A stretch of 64,000 bases of DNA from Eledone cirrhosa (GCA_964016885.1 OZ024743.1:25916001-25980000), one strand, 5' to 3'; numbered from the stretch's first letter, positions 42,744-57,325 are shown. A program made the numbers and translations. Notes: generated by a model from the sequence alone, not told the origin.

Positions 42744-42859
42744 TTTCCATCATCAGCTGTAAATGTTTCCCGATCCGATGTTTCGGCGCTGAATTACAGG
42801 ACATCGGTGTATTTCGGGTGCGCCCGAGGCCTTTTATTAATCAAAAGGCCAAGTGGAAA
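42744..42859 (-). ncRNA. Candidate permuted, pseudoknotted hammerhead ribozyme inside a ~220-bp (TA)n-flanked element (42662-42880)
   Basis: CUGAUGA, GAAA and GUC cores; stem III ccgatgt/acatcgg, stem I ctgtaa/ttacag, plus ggcgc/gcgcc, cccga/tcggg, tttcca/tggaaa. Confidence 0.75.
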
Positions 42860-42953
42860 AGGAGAGAGAACGAAAGAGAATATATATATATATATAAGTC
42901 CCGGATTCAATTGGGGTTAACCAATACATTAGTAGAGTGTATACAACAAAATG

Positions 42954-43286
42954 TAATATAGAAATTGCTTCTAAAGGACTAGAACTGTTTCATTCGAAGG
43001 AAATCCCCAGGAGAGCCATCCTTGTGATTGCCTTCGAATGAAACAGTTCTAGTCCTGTAGAAGCAATTTCTATATTAAATTTCAATCGGGGGTTCAATCG
43101 GGAGTAACAACAGTAAGTAAGGTACTCAATACATGGCAGCGTATATATATTTATTATAGAAATGGCTTCTACAGGACTAGAACTGTTTCATTCGGGAGAA
43201 ATCATCAGGAAACCATGATCATTTCAGGCTTCCTGATGATTACTCCCTAATGAAACAGTTCTAGTCCTGTAGAAACCATTTCTATA

Positions 43287-43290
<4 letters not shown>
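42954..43290. repeat. Two palindromes of one PLE pLTR-like family with HHR-like cores; relative at 59325-59450
   Basis: aggactagaactgtttcattc and its complement; CUGAUGA..GAAAC on both strands of 43152-43290. Confidence 0.75.
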
Positions 43291-43353
<63 letters not shown>

Positions 43354-43490
43354 CGCCTTCTCATTTTGTATGGCCTTTATAACCTATCTTTATTGCTCTG
43401 GTCTCTTTTGGTCCATGGAGCGCTTGCCAGCACGACTCGGATATTACGCTGCGTTTCGCTTATTTCTACCCGCCGAAATACGATTCTCGC

Positions 43491-43617
<127 letters not shown>

Positions 43618-43810
43618 GTACATACATATATGTATACAGACGTACAGTAGTATGTATATATATATACATACATGCACACATATATATATGTACGTATGGA
43701 TTCACCGAACATTTATTATAATGCTCGGTGTGTTTGTAAACAAACATCCCGTATTAAGCCGTATTGTCCAGCAACTATCGTTGTTCGTTTGTTCAACACT
43801 GACAAAGGAA

Positions 43811-43858
43811 CGCTGTACTAGTTTCAAGCATATTAACTATTAGCTATCGTCAGCAACG
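43811..43858 (-). ncRNA. Minimal type I hammerhead ribozyme
   Basis: cgttg-CUGACGA-uagc..gcuu-GAAA-CUAG-UA-cagcg. Confidence 0.8.
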
Positions 43859-43992
43859 TATACCTTCCTGCCAGATTGTTGAACGTATATACTTACCTTA
43901 TGCATATTAACGGCTGAGTAGCCCAATTTGCATATCGAGTGGGTTAATCATAAGGTAAGTATATACGTTCAACAATCTGGCAGGAAGGTATA

Positions 43993-44033
43993 CGTTGCTG
44001 ACGATAGCTAATAAGCTTGAAACTAGTACAGCG
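43993..44033 (+). ncRNA. Minimal type I hammerhead ribozyme (PLE type, palindromic stem III)
   Basis: Stem I cgttg/cagcg; CUGACGA; stem II agct-aata-agct; GAAA; ACUAGU palindrome; GUA site at 44028. Confidence 0.88.
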
Positions 44034-44295
44034 TACCTTTGTCAGTGTTGAGCAAACGAGCAATGATGGTTGCTAGACACTACGGCTTAATACGGGATGT
44101 TTGTTTACAAACACACCGAGCATTATAATAAATGTTCGGTGAATCCATACGTACATATATATATGTGTGCATGTATGTATATATATATACATACTACTGT
44201 ACGTCTGTATACATATATGTATGTACGTGTACATACTTATATTTAAGTAACAGCTGTACTAAGAGTGGGAAATGAAATTTCGTTTCATTTTTTCC

Positions 44296-44371
<76 letters not shown>

Positions 44372-44410
44372 CTATCTATATATATATATATATATATATA
44401 TTCATATCTA

Positions 44411-44457
<47 letters not shown>

Positions 44458-44825
44458 ACCTGCAGTATTTTTCTCTATATTTTAATACATATATTTACCA
44501 CTGCGATTCTGTGTTTTTTCTCTCTCTCTTACTGTTCCCCCATTCTCTCTGTTTCTCCCCCTCTGTCTTGTCCGTTAACTCTTCCTCACACTTTCACTCA
44601 CTCACTGTTTTTCTCCCTCTTCTCTTCATTTCATCCTGCACTCACGGACGCTATTTTTTCTCTCTCTGCTCAATGGCATTCGTTCGTGCTGGACTATTCT
44701 TTCCCTAGCGCTCATATATTCACCTAGCTTACGCTAACAGAATAATTTTTGAAGCTTGTTTCTCTCCCACGGTATGCTATCTTTTCTGTTGTTCCCCTGT
44801 CTCACTCGCTTTACGCGTTTTAATT

Positions 44826-44926
44826 GTCCTAATAACTTATTTGGGTTATTATTGCACCGAAGTGAGATATATGATTTTTAATGCAATGAAATATCTATGA
44901 TCTTCGGCAAATCACTGATGAGGGAC
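44826..44926 (+). ncRNA. Candidate permuted, pseudoknotted hammerhead ribozyme (copy 1)
   Basis: gtcct/gggac, aataac/gttatt, attgca/tgcaat, ccgaag/cttcgg, agatat/atatct, tgattt/aaatca arranged around GAAA and CUGAUGA. Confidence 0.7.
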
Positions 44927-45321
44927 GTATTTTATTACATGTTACCATGTGCTACCTGCAGTATTTTTCTCTATATTTTAATACATATATTTACCACTGC
45001 GATTCTGTGTTTTTTCTCTCTCTCTTACTGTTCCCCCATTCTCTCTGTTTCTCCCCCTCTGTCTTGTCCGTTAACTCTTCCTCACACTTTCACTCACTCA
45101 CTGTTTTTCTACCTCTTCTCTTCATTTCATCCTGCACTCACGGACGCTATTTTTTCTCTCTCTGCTCAATGGCATTCGTTCGTGCTGGACTATTCTTTCC
45201 CTAGCGCTCATATATTCACCTAGCTTACGCTAACAGAATAATTTTTGAAGCTTGTTTCTCTCCCACGGTATGCTATCTTTTCTGTTGTTCCCCTGTCTTA
45301 CTCGCTTTACGCGTTTTAATT

Positions 45322-45422
45322 GTCCTAATAACTTATTTTGGTTATTATTGCACCGAAGTGAGATATATGATTTTTAATGCAATGAAATATCTATGATCTT
45401 CGGCAAATCACTGATGAGGGAC
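45322..45422 (+). ncRNA. Candidate permuted, pseudoknotted hammerhead ribozyme (copy 2)
   Basis: Same as 44826 shifted by 496; the one difference is in a hairpin loop. Confidence 0.7.
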
Positions 45423-45517
45423 GTATTTTATTACATGTTACCATGTGCTACCTGCAGTATTTTTCTCTATATTTTAATATATATATATATATATATATAT
45501 ACATATCTATCTATCTA

Positions 45518-45591
<74 letters not shown>

Positions 45592-45595
45592 CATA

Positions 45596-45728
<133 letters not shown>

Positions 45729-47700
45729 GTGGAGGGAGTGTTTATATAGTTTCTCTGATGGAACAACCCGAATATTTATTTCGCGAAACTGACCCAAGAG
45801 ACCTTGTTATGTAGCATTACTAGATATGAGTTTGTGTGCGTTCATTGATATGTACTTGGTTTTGTGCACTTATACCAATATGCAGGAGTATGTATGTTCC
45901 ATCTGCGTGTGTAATTGATGTTCTTCGTTGTATTGTATGGATGACAAACTCACTTTTGATTTAATCTACGACACAAGTTCGATTCTTAGTCGTATCTATT
46001 TCGCTAACACTTTTTAATGCCGTTTAAAAAATTATGAACGCCACAACCCCTACTTCATCCAACCTTGAAGCCTGCATAACTGATAATCTGATGATGGATA
46101 GCTTGATCACGAAGCTTCAAGCAATTGATTCCATTTATCGCACTGGTGCGTGGGATAATTGTTTAGCCTTTGTTCTATGTCGATTTCTATGTGTGTGTCT
46201 GTAATTTTATGTAAATATTTAAGTGTATGTATATACACATGCACATATAAATATATATATATACATACATACACACATACATATATATATATATGTATAC
46301 ATGCATACATACACACATACATATATGTGTATATATATACTCGTACACATACATACATACGAATATGTATAAATATATATATATATATATAAACGTGTGT
46401 GAGAGAGAGAGAATCTGTGTGGGCGTGTGTGCGTGTGTGCGTGTGCGTGCATGTGCGTGTGCGTGCATGTGTGTGTGCGCGTGTGTGTGTGGGGGTGCGG
46501 GGTGTGTGTGTGTTATATTAGTCCACCTACTGAGGCAGTGAAAATTAGTCAATTCAATTCAACACCATCCAACCGATTAGACATCATTTGATAAAAACTC
46601 GTCACTGCCGAGTACCGTCAGTCATCATGTGTGGTCCGCCAATGAAGCCACCCAACTACTAAATATGTTAACATATAATGACAAAAGGCCAGCAAGTCAA
46701 ATCGAGCAATAAGGTTTTCCGTGTGTGTATCTGTTGTTGGTCCTTTATTTTTTTTGTTAGGATAGGTTACATTATATTTTTTACTGTATTCTATTTTATT
46801 TATTTAAAGTGGGTTCTTTTTACTTTTTAGTGGTGGTCGGTAATGGCTGACTCGTTCGCATTCACTTCTCGTTTAACTTACATTCCTGATATTGATCTCC
46901 CACTGACCTCAGTCGCGATCACGATCTCAATTAAACTACACGTAACCATTGCCTTCGCATCTACCAGCACCAATATCATAGAAAAACCAGCATCCTTAGA
47001 CGAGCCAACGGACAAGCATAAGAAACACGTACATATGCACAGAAATATCTGCAGCGTGTAGAGTATTACTGACCAAGAACAATGTTCTTGAATGTATACA
47101 ATCGACAAAAGACGCTCGAGTCTGCTGGCCGCTTCTGTTGTGGTTAACACCAGAATCAATGTGTGTACAGAAACATATTGGAGAATGGAGATAGATCAAT
47201 ATTCAACACTGCATTCCAGGATGTACAATAGACGCCTCACGTAGAGGGAGACATACCGCAACTAGACAGAGGGATCTGTGGCTCATGCCTCGTAATTCGG
47301 CTGACTACCTATATACCATTAGGTCTACTTGGTCAAAGTTGACCAGGACCTAAACCATAACAACCACTTCACAATAATATAACTACAGTGCTTTGTAAAT
47401 CTAAAGTGATGACATATCAGTTCAAAGTGAGGCCTTGTCAATTCAAAGTGAGATTAAGGATTTGAAAATAAGGCTTTACGACTTAAAGGTGAAAAAAGTG
47501 ATTTCAAAATAAAACATTACTGGCTAGAAATGGCTTATATTTTGGGGGATTTGAAGGGTTCTGGCCTTCAAAATGAATTAGATATTTTTTTAACAAATGA
47601 GTTTGTGTTTATAAGTACATTTGCCGAAACAACGAGCAAGCAAAGGAAATCAAGGAAACCAAAGAGGAAAACAGATTTCGAATTTTTGTAGCATATATAC

Positions 47701-47814
<114 letters not shown>

Positions 47815-48022
47815 CGTAACGGTACCAAAACACAGCCACTGCACTTGCTATTAACTAAGATGTGTGCACTCTGACAACAGGATGCAGTTTCACTACTGGA
47901 ATCTTATAGATTCATTTTGTGGCTGAGTAATGGTCGGAGATCGATGAAATATTATCAACGATTTCGTAAACCTTGTATATATATACATAGATATATAGAT
48001 ATATAGATATATACATATATAC

Positions 48023-48074
<52 letters not shown>

Positions 48075-49139
48075 ATTATTATTATTATTATTATACAGAA
48101 TCTACGTATTTTGATGGGTGCAACTTAATAACGTCTGTTTTCCCCATACCAATAGTTTACCCTGTGTGTAGGCATGAAATATGTTTTGCCCGCTGCGTTC
48201 GATTCGTTACTCCATTTTGTTTTGTTCGAAGCACTATTGAACCATAAAACTAATTCCTGTGATGGGATAACTTGGCTTTCACCGATGTTCTTTTGTTTGA
48301 AGCTAGCTGATAACGTTGTGTCAAAAATCTGTCCTCAGAAACAGGCAACCTAGATAGATCATGTAATCTCAGGTTTTGAATAATCATCTCACCCCTACCC
48401 CTACCCACGATTATTAATTTTTCAGATTTTTTTCCAACCCCACCCCCGCTTTTATACATCCCCTCTATACAATTACCGATACCACCACCCACCCCCCAAT
48501 CCGCTTATAAACATTCAAGAAAATGTCCAGCCCCGTCTTATTCCAACCCCCCTATTATTTAGGACCCGAGAGTAATTTTTTTTTTCTAGTTGTTGTTTAT
48601 TTGTTATTGTTTCTGTTAGTGAATTTAGTTTCTAATTCAGGTACAAAGCCAACACCTTTGTGAAGAGGCGGAAGTCGATTATACCAACCCCATTGCTATA
48701 TATATAAAGAGAGAGGAACTCGGCGGGATTCGAATTTGGAATGTAGAAATAATTTCGTCTGATGTTCTAACGATTCTACCATTCTGCCAATCTTTTGATT
48801 TAAGTAAATTTCGAAGTTGTTTTAACACTGTTTCATATTCATCAGGTGAAGTAATGTAAGACTACTGTATATCTTAACTTATTAACTATTTTTTAAACAA
48901 TTTTTTGATCATGTCTCGGATTACAGAAGCTAGACTGTATTATACTTAACATTTGTATATCCAATGACACTCATACACACACACGAGTGCGCGTACACGT
49001 ATATATACATAAATGTGTGTGTTGGGGGGGGGGGTATATATATATATTGATTGATAGATACATACATAAATAATTTGTGTGCATGTTTATGTTTGAATGA
49101 ATATGTGTGTATATATCTTATGTATGTATCTAAGTATGT

Positions 49140-49223
<84 letters not shown>

Positions 49224-49329
49224 ATATATATATATTTGTTTTTCAAGGTTTTTTTATATGAATCGTGTGTCGAAACAAATATAACAATATATATATATAT
49301 ATATATATACATGCATATATATATATGTG

Positions 49330-49401
<72 letters not shown>

Positions 49402-49437
49402 CGTGTGTGTGTGTGTGTGTACGTGTGTGTGTGTGTA

Positions 49438-49476
<39 letters not shown>

Positions 49477-49784
49477 GCATCCATCCATACACACACACAT
49501 ATGTATATAAGTAGCCACAAATATATTCCTTCCTTTTATGTCTTTCGATTAGTGAAGAGTCACCAATCTTCCAGACCGTTGGGCTTATAAATCTTATGAC
49601 TCCACTCTACCTTGTCGCCAACGAAATATTAGATTGAAAACAAAAAATTAGAATAAAGAATAGGTAAAAATACAGCAAAGGCAATACGTGTATACTGATA
49701 AATCATGTTTATTGACGGTCTGTTGCCATTGTTGTTGTTGGTGTTGTTGTTGGTGTTGGTGCTGGTGGGGGTGTGGTGGGGGTG

Positions 49785-50210
<426 letters not shown>

Positions 50211-50811
50211 CTAGTGAACTGTAGTGAAAATCAAACCACTGATTTTCTTTAGAAGGAAGTGCTCTATGTATTCTCCTGGCTGGTTGGTAGGTACGAAGAA
50301 AGAGGCTGCATCGTGGACACCCGCTAAAGAGATTGAGGAGAGGAATTTTCCCCTCCGAGTGGACCCTCATCAACTTCTTCATGTACAAGTTGAGGAGGAA
50401 GATATGGGTGGAGAGGAAAGTGTTGCCTTCTAATGTATTTCATGAAAGATGAGTGAGCGGGTGTGACAGATTGACTAGGGTGACTGAACCAACTCTGACT
50501 ACACCTTTTAAGTAAAATATGAAACTGGTAGATGACACCTTCAATGTCTTTGATATGACAGAGTAATCCTGAGTTTTTTTGTGGGAGACATTCCCCTAAG
50601 GTGTCATCTTCTCCTATTGATGAACTTTTCCTAGTTGATTTTTTATTATAATTTTATATTGTTATTGTCATTTATTTCAATTATTGTTATTTCTATTGTT
50701 ATCCTTTCCTTTTACTCAATTTAAACTTCACTTTCTGGTAGTTTTCGTCCTTGTATTGTCTCCATCGACGTGAACTCTTTTATCAAATAAAAGAAATCGT
50801 TGTGCTTTTTA

Positions 50812-51393
50812 ACAGAGTGCGTTGGGCAAAATGATTTGCGGTATTTATTTACGACTTTCCACACTATAATTTAAAATCCCACCGAGGTCAATTTTGTCTT
50901 TCATCCTTACTATGTCAATAATATAAAGTACCAGTTATGTACAGGGGTCGTTATAATCGACTTTCCCTTCCCTCTATTTACTGACCTTGTACCAATGTTA
51001 GGAACCATTATTAACTGACGGTGGATTGGCAATATTGGGAGAGGTTCGGACGCCATGCTTTGACGTATAGAGTTACGGCCCTTGCCATTCTGAGTTCAAA
51101 TCCCGCCGAGGTTAACTTTGCCTTTCATCCTTACGGGGTCGATAAAATAAAGTACCAGTAATGCACTGGGTAATTGCCTTGTGCCTAACGTAGAAACAAT
51201 TATTAACTGAGTATCGGATGAGGGTCGGACGCCATGCTTTGACGTATAGAGTTACGGCCCTTGCCATTCTGAGTTCAAATCCTGCCGAGGTTAACTTTGC
51301 CTTTCATCCTTACGGGGTCGATAAAATAAAGTACCAGTAATGCACTGGGTATTTGCTGGCCTTGTGCCAAAAAGTAGAAACAATTATTAACTG
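50812..51393 (+). mobile_element. Three head-to-tail Nin/Deu-like SINE copies
   Basis: Each copy ends in attattaactga. Confidence 0.85.
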
Positions 51394-52619
51394 AGTGACA
51401 TATATAAGCACAAACGAGAGTAGGTGCTTTTCTGAATTCAATTCTCTCGCCTGGATCAAGACCGATATTCATCCATCAAGATTTAATTGAATTGTATAAA
51501 GTTGGTTCAAATAATTATCCTCCTACTCAAAGCGATTGATCATCTACGTTCCCACAATTAAAGGGAACATTGTGGTATTTTTGGGAAAATTTTTCGAAAG
51601 GAAATGTTCTACACTAGTATTCTTTACTTTTTTTATTCGCCTCATTGACGATCGTCATCAAATGATAAAGAATTTCTAGTGACCGTCTGGAATTTAGAGA
51701 CACATTTCATTAAAACTTCCTATATGTTATATAATATAGTAAGAGACGAAAATATATTTGGTTATGTGAAATAAAATTTTTCAGAGATAATGGTCAACAG
51801 AACTTTGTATATAAATAACAATATATGTCACTAATTTCACAGGAAAAGTCCCATTAATTAGATTCCATTTTGTTTTCATGTTGGGAATTCGTCTTTTTCT
51901 TTCATTTTAAGTTGTCTATATTTTGCCTTAAATTTGCCTTATCTAAATCTTCAAATTGGCTGTCTTGTTATTAATTTAATGAGTTAATAATCACACAACT
52001 CATATTATATGTTTGTTTTGCTTCTTTTAATTTTTGAAGACTATATTTTGACATAAATTTACTCCTGTTGTAAAACAATGTATATCTATATATTTTAATA
52101 ACCAGCCGAAACCTCTTGGTGATGCGGTTCGGATTTTATATATCTATATATTTTAATGACTATATTTTTGATGTATTTAAATGCGTTTTCTTTTCGAAGA
52201 ATAAGAAGTCCAGATATTTCGCCAGACTCTCATAGGACTCTGACTATAAAATAATTGAAATATAGACAAGATTCTATATGAGGAGCTCTACCTAATAGGT
52301 TAATTTTACTTTCAGTGGGCCCATGGGATAGTGTAAACTCAGCTCTATGAAATCAGTAGTTGGTCATTGAATAGGTATCTTAGCTAATAGCTTGCATTCA
52401 GTTATTTGCAGCTAGGTGTGGTAAAGCAGAATGAGTTATGTACCTTGGTTGTAGATACTTCTGTGCAATGCGGATTATAGAATTTGACTGATAACCTAAC
52501 TCTTTTCCGTTTATGTGATTGAGTCAAGAATTTGCGGCTATCCAAGCTACAAGAACATGAGTAATAAAATCTGCAAGAATTGGCTTGAAAAGTTGATAAA
52601 CACTTAGTTGTATGTGTGT

Positions 52620-52715
<96 letters not shown>

Positions 52716-53052
52716 ATGTATATATGTATACCCATACGTAATGTTGCTCAATATCAGTTAAATTCCGGTCTTATATTCTTTAGATGTTTGAAAGATTAAA
52801 AGAAAGTTTATAAAAAATTCAAGGTAAAAATAAAAACTAAGATAATTGTAATTTTGGAAATACACAACCCTAAAAAATAAGAACGATGATTGCATTATCT
52901 ACTTTGAAATAGAATTACATTTCTGTCATGATGAAAACATTCATGGATAGTTAGTTCATTCGGTTGCGGGTTTGTCAGTCACTCATAGAATATTTGAAGA
53001 TCAAAGAACGTAAATGATCAAAAGAATCGGAGAATTTAAATCAAGAAATGGA

Positions 53053-53619
<567 letters not shown>

Positions 53620-53825
53620 GTGTGTATGGCTGCGTGTGATTATATGTCAATGTGAATGTATATGCAAATATCTGTGTATGTATATTGAAATGGAATCCTT
53701 TGCTGTGAAAGAACATTATATGCCGTCTCACAGCAATTCTAAAAGAGAATAAAATTGTAACCAGAATGGTAATGACTTCAACATCGTGGTTTTCTTTCAA
53801 CTTATGATTGTAATGTATAATAGTA

Positions 53826-53984
<159 letters not shown>

Positions 53985-55279
53985 TGGAGTTAGTGAAATT
54001 GCTTGCGGTAAAATCACACGTAGTTTACATGGAAAAGAGGGAATATGTTATTGCCCATCCAATAGTTACACCCGTCAAATCAGTTATATCACAAATATAT
54101 GAATGAAAACTGAAACATAATTCTTTTATTTGGGTCGATATGTCCATGGAATCGATATCTTATCAGGTATTCATTATGATAAACGTCTGGTTTTGATTCG
54201 CGTTTGCAGTAACTTCATTTCATTAACAGTGCTATTGTTTTATGACTATGTTTTACAACCTCCTGGGTCGATAAAATAAGTACCTTTGCCACAACCTAGA
54301 AAGGTGTGACATTGATCCAAATTTGGAACATGTGATTGTTGTTGTACCTTTGAGAAAGATATGAATATAACCACATTCCAGTTTCTGCTCAACGTATAAA
54401 TCGTCAGGCGTAAATCTAAAGTGAGAAATCGATGTGTATAGAGGTATTTTATCGTTTTATATGTTGTTTTTATAGTTTTTTTATTTGCGTTTTATTGTTT
54501 GTTTTTATATGTTTCACGTTTCATTGTTTATCATTTTATCAATATTATATTTCTTCAGATTACGTGGTTTATCGCTTCATATATATTTATCATTTCCAAG
54601 TTTTATAGGTTTGCTTATAGTTTATACGTATTCTTTATTCTATTGTGTAATTTATAGCTTTATCGATTTTATAGTTTATAGTTTAATAGATTTTATAATC
54701 TATAGTTTAACAGTTTTTATCATCGTATACATTGTATATTTTGTAGTTCTGCATATTTTATAGTTTATATGATTGATTCTATAGATTTGGTATCTTATTG
54801 TTGTGTAGATTATGGTTTAATAAAACTTTAGGCTAACAGTATTTTAAGTAGCATTAAAATGTAAAGTGGAAAAAAGCCTATTCAGTATTTAATTTGCAAT
54901 AGCATTGTTGTTTTTGTTTAGTTTGTTTTCTTTTAACGTTTGAAGGCGAACTATATAATAAATTAGGTATATATTAATGTAAGCTACTGACCGATATTAA
55001 AATGCGATATACGATTTTTTACTCGTCTGACATCTTGGGTTGCGTTTTCTGTAAGTAGATTTCAAGACAAATTGAACATACAGGAAAAGCTCTGTTAAGC
55101 AATATCTTTCGTTCAAAAACAAATGCTATAACAATTTAAATGGCTCGAAACTTTCTGTGACTAACACATTTTTTCTATTATTTGGATAACTGTAATAATT
55201 GATTTTTTTTTCTTCTGTCTTGCTTTTGATGGTGAGGGGGAGCGGTCTTTTTATAGATACTGGGAACTGTAGATCACAA

Positions 55280-55890
55280 ACTTATACATAAGGATGGTGG
55301 AGATGACATAGAATAACAGTTGACGAGGATGTATTTATTACATCATCAGCATGGGAAACTAACAGAGGAGCAGTATCAGAAGGCTTAATGGTGAACAAAG
55401 TAGCAGCAGTTAGACTTTCAGAAGTGCATAAGGAGGTAGGAAGATAATATTTACCAACTTTGAGAGCAACCAATCACTGACTTTTATTGTACGTTACTCC
55501 TCATCATAGGGAAATGTGAAAGCCGGGGAACACAAAGACCAATTATATGCAATAAAAGAAGTGCTTAAACACAAAACGCTGGTTTTTATGGGAGATTTTA
55601 ACGCATATTTAGATAAAAGAATTGTCACGGTTTTATATCATGCTAATTACAACTCCAGTGGCAGTCTGGTTAACAACTTTATTCAAGAAACAAACTTATT
55701 TGTAGCAAGTGCTCATTTTCAAAAGGAAGCAACACAACTGTGGACATACGTATCAGACATGAGTGGAAGTAAACACCGAGTTGATTATATCATGGTAAAT
55801 AGTAAACGCAAGAGACCTGTACAAGACTGCCAGGCATACGATACACTCAGCAGAGTTGCTTCATCGAATTGTAACAGCTAAAATGAAACT
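55280..55890 (+). pseudogene. Degenerate LINE APE endonuclease fragment
   Basis: VFMGDFNAYL, HFQK..LWTY, RVDYIMVN. Confidence 0.7.
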
Positions 55891-55917
55891 GTACCACATA
55901 GAACACATTACTATTAC

Positions 55918-55982
<65 letters not shown>

Positions 55983-55984
<2 letters not shown>

Positions 55985-56155
55985 TGAACTCAGATTTGAA
56001 CTCAGAATGGCAAGGGCCGTGACGCATAGAGTTACGGTCCTTGCCATTCTGAGTTCAAATCCCGCCGAGGTTAACTTTGCCTTTCATCCTTACGAGGTCG
56101 ATAAAATAAAGTACCGGTAATTGCTGGCCTTGTGCCAAAAGTAGAAACAATTATT
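55983..56155 (+). mobile_element. Nin/Deu-like SINE with an inverted 5' segment, inserted in (TAT)n
   Basis: tttgaactcagaatggcaagggccgt versus acggtccttgccattctgagttcaaa. Confidence 0.8.
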
Positions 56156-56171
56156 ATTATTATTATTATTA

Positions 56172-56572
56172 GATAAAATGGAGAATCCGATTGATGGAGG
56201 CACGACGAGGCAACAAAGCCATAATTAGGTCTTTGGTGGACCAAGACGAGCGCATGTTACTCGATACCAAACGGATGTGTGTAAATTTTCAGCGACACTT
56301 CGCTCAACTGTTCAGGAGCAGTGGCAGGCCAGATCCCAGGAAGGACTTCAGTGTTTACCTCGACGGCCTTCCACGGCTCTCGGCGAAGAGAGAGAGAGTG
56401 TTGCGAAAGGCCGATAATAGTCGCTGAAACATTGGTGATGCTGGCTAGCTGGACGATTAATAAATCACCTGATTTGGATTGTCTGCCCTGCGAGATTTAC
56501 GTTTACTTGCCAATTTTCTTCGATGATTTCTTGGTAGATGTCTACTGCAACTGGAAGCAGAATGGACGAAGT
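56172..56572 (+). pseudogene. Tx1 ORF2 internal fragment (linker to RT start)
   Basis: IRSLVDQDER..MCVNFQRHFAQLF..YLDGLPRLS; KSPDLDCLPCEIY..VYCNWKQNGR. Confidence 0.85.
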
Positions 56573-57077
56573 GTAAAGTTTGCTTTAGCGGGATTTGAAC
56601 TCAGAGAGCACAGAGCCGGAGCGAATGCTACTAAGCATTTAATTCGACGTTCAAATTACTCTACCATTTTCTACCTTTCCAATAGAACAAAGCATTTAAG
56701 ATAAAATAAAATAAATTAACCGCTAGCACCATAGTGTTGATCCTATATTACTTGTTCAATTATACATTGTTGTATATCTGTATGAAGGAGAAGAACATTG
56801 AAGTGAGTATTATCATTAACATCATGATTCTAATTATCCTCATCGTCGACATAGATGTCATCGCCACCGTCATCATCATCAGCAACATGAAGAACAATAA
56901 TAAAATCTTCAGTGCTGGCAAGAGTAGAAAGAGCAATGTTGGGCAAGAAAACATTAACAACAAAATAACTGTTGACAACGAGAACAACAATAACAATACA
57001 AATAAGAACAGCATTGGAAAAGTGATTGTAATAACAATAATTAATATAATTAATAAGAATAAGAATAAAACTGTAAT

Positions 57078-57325
57078 AATAACAACAACAATGACAACAA
57101 CGACGACGACAACGTCATCAACATCACCAACAAAAACACCAACAACAGCAACAACAGCAACAACAACAACAACAACAACAGCAACAACAACAACAACAAC
57201 AACAACAGCAACAACAACAGCAGCAACAGCAACAACAACAACGACAGCAACAACAACAACAACGACAACAACAACAACAGCAGCAACAGCAACAACAGCA
57301 ACAACAGCAACAACAGCAACAACAG

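Larger units (their letters stand above)
44456..45478 (+). mobile_element. Retrozyme-like tandem array: 2 copies plus ~30 bp of a 496-bp unit in (TA)n
   Basis: tgcagtattt recurs at 44461, 44957 and 45453. Confidence 0.93.

Noticed and set aside
45744-45802. CUGAUGG...GAAAC hammerhead-like string
   Set aside because: Core mutated, no UH site and no convincing stems
46843-47380. GC-richer unique segment with short ORFs
   Set aside because: No recognisable motif; probably an old TE remnant that cannot be assigned by eye
50330-50400. C2H2 zinc-finger linker-like peptide MRVHSEGK
   Set aside because: No Cys/His spacing around it; too short to support
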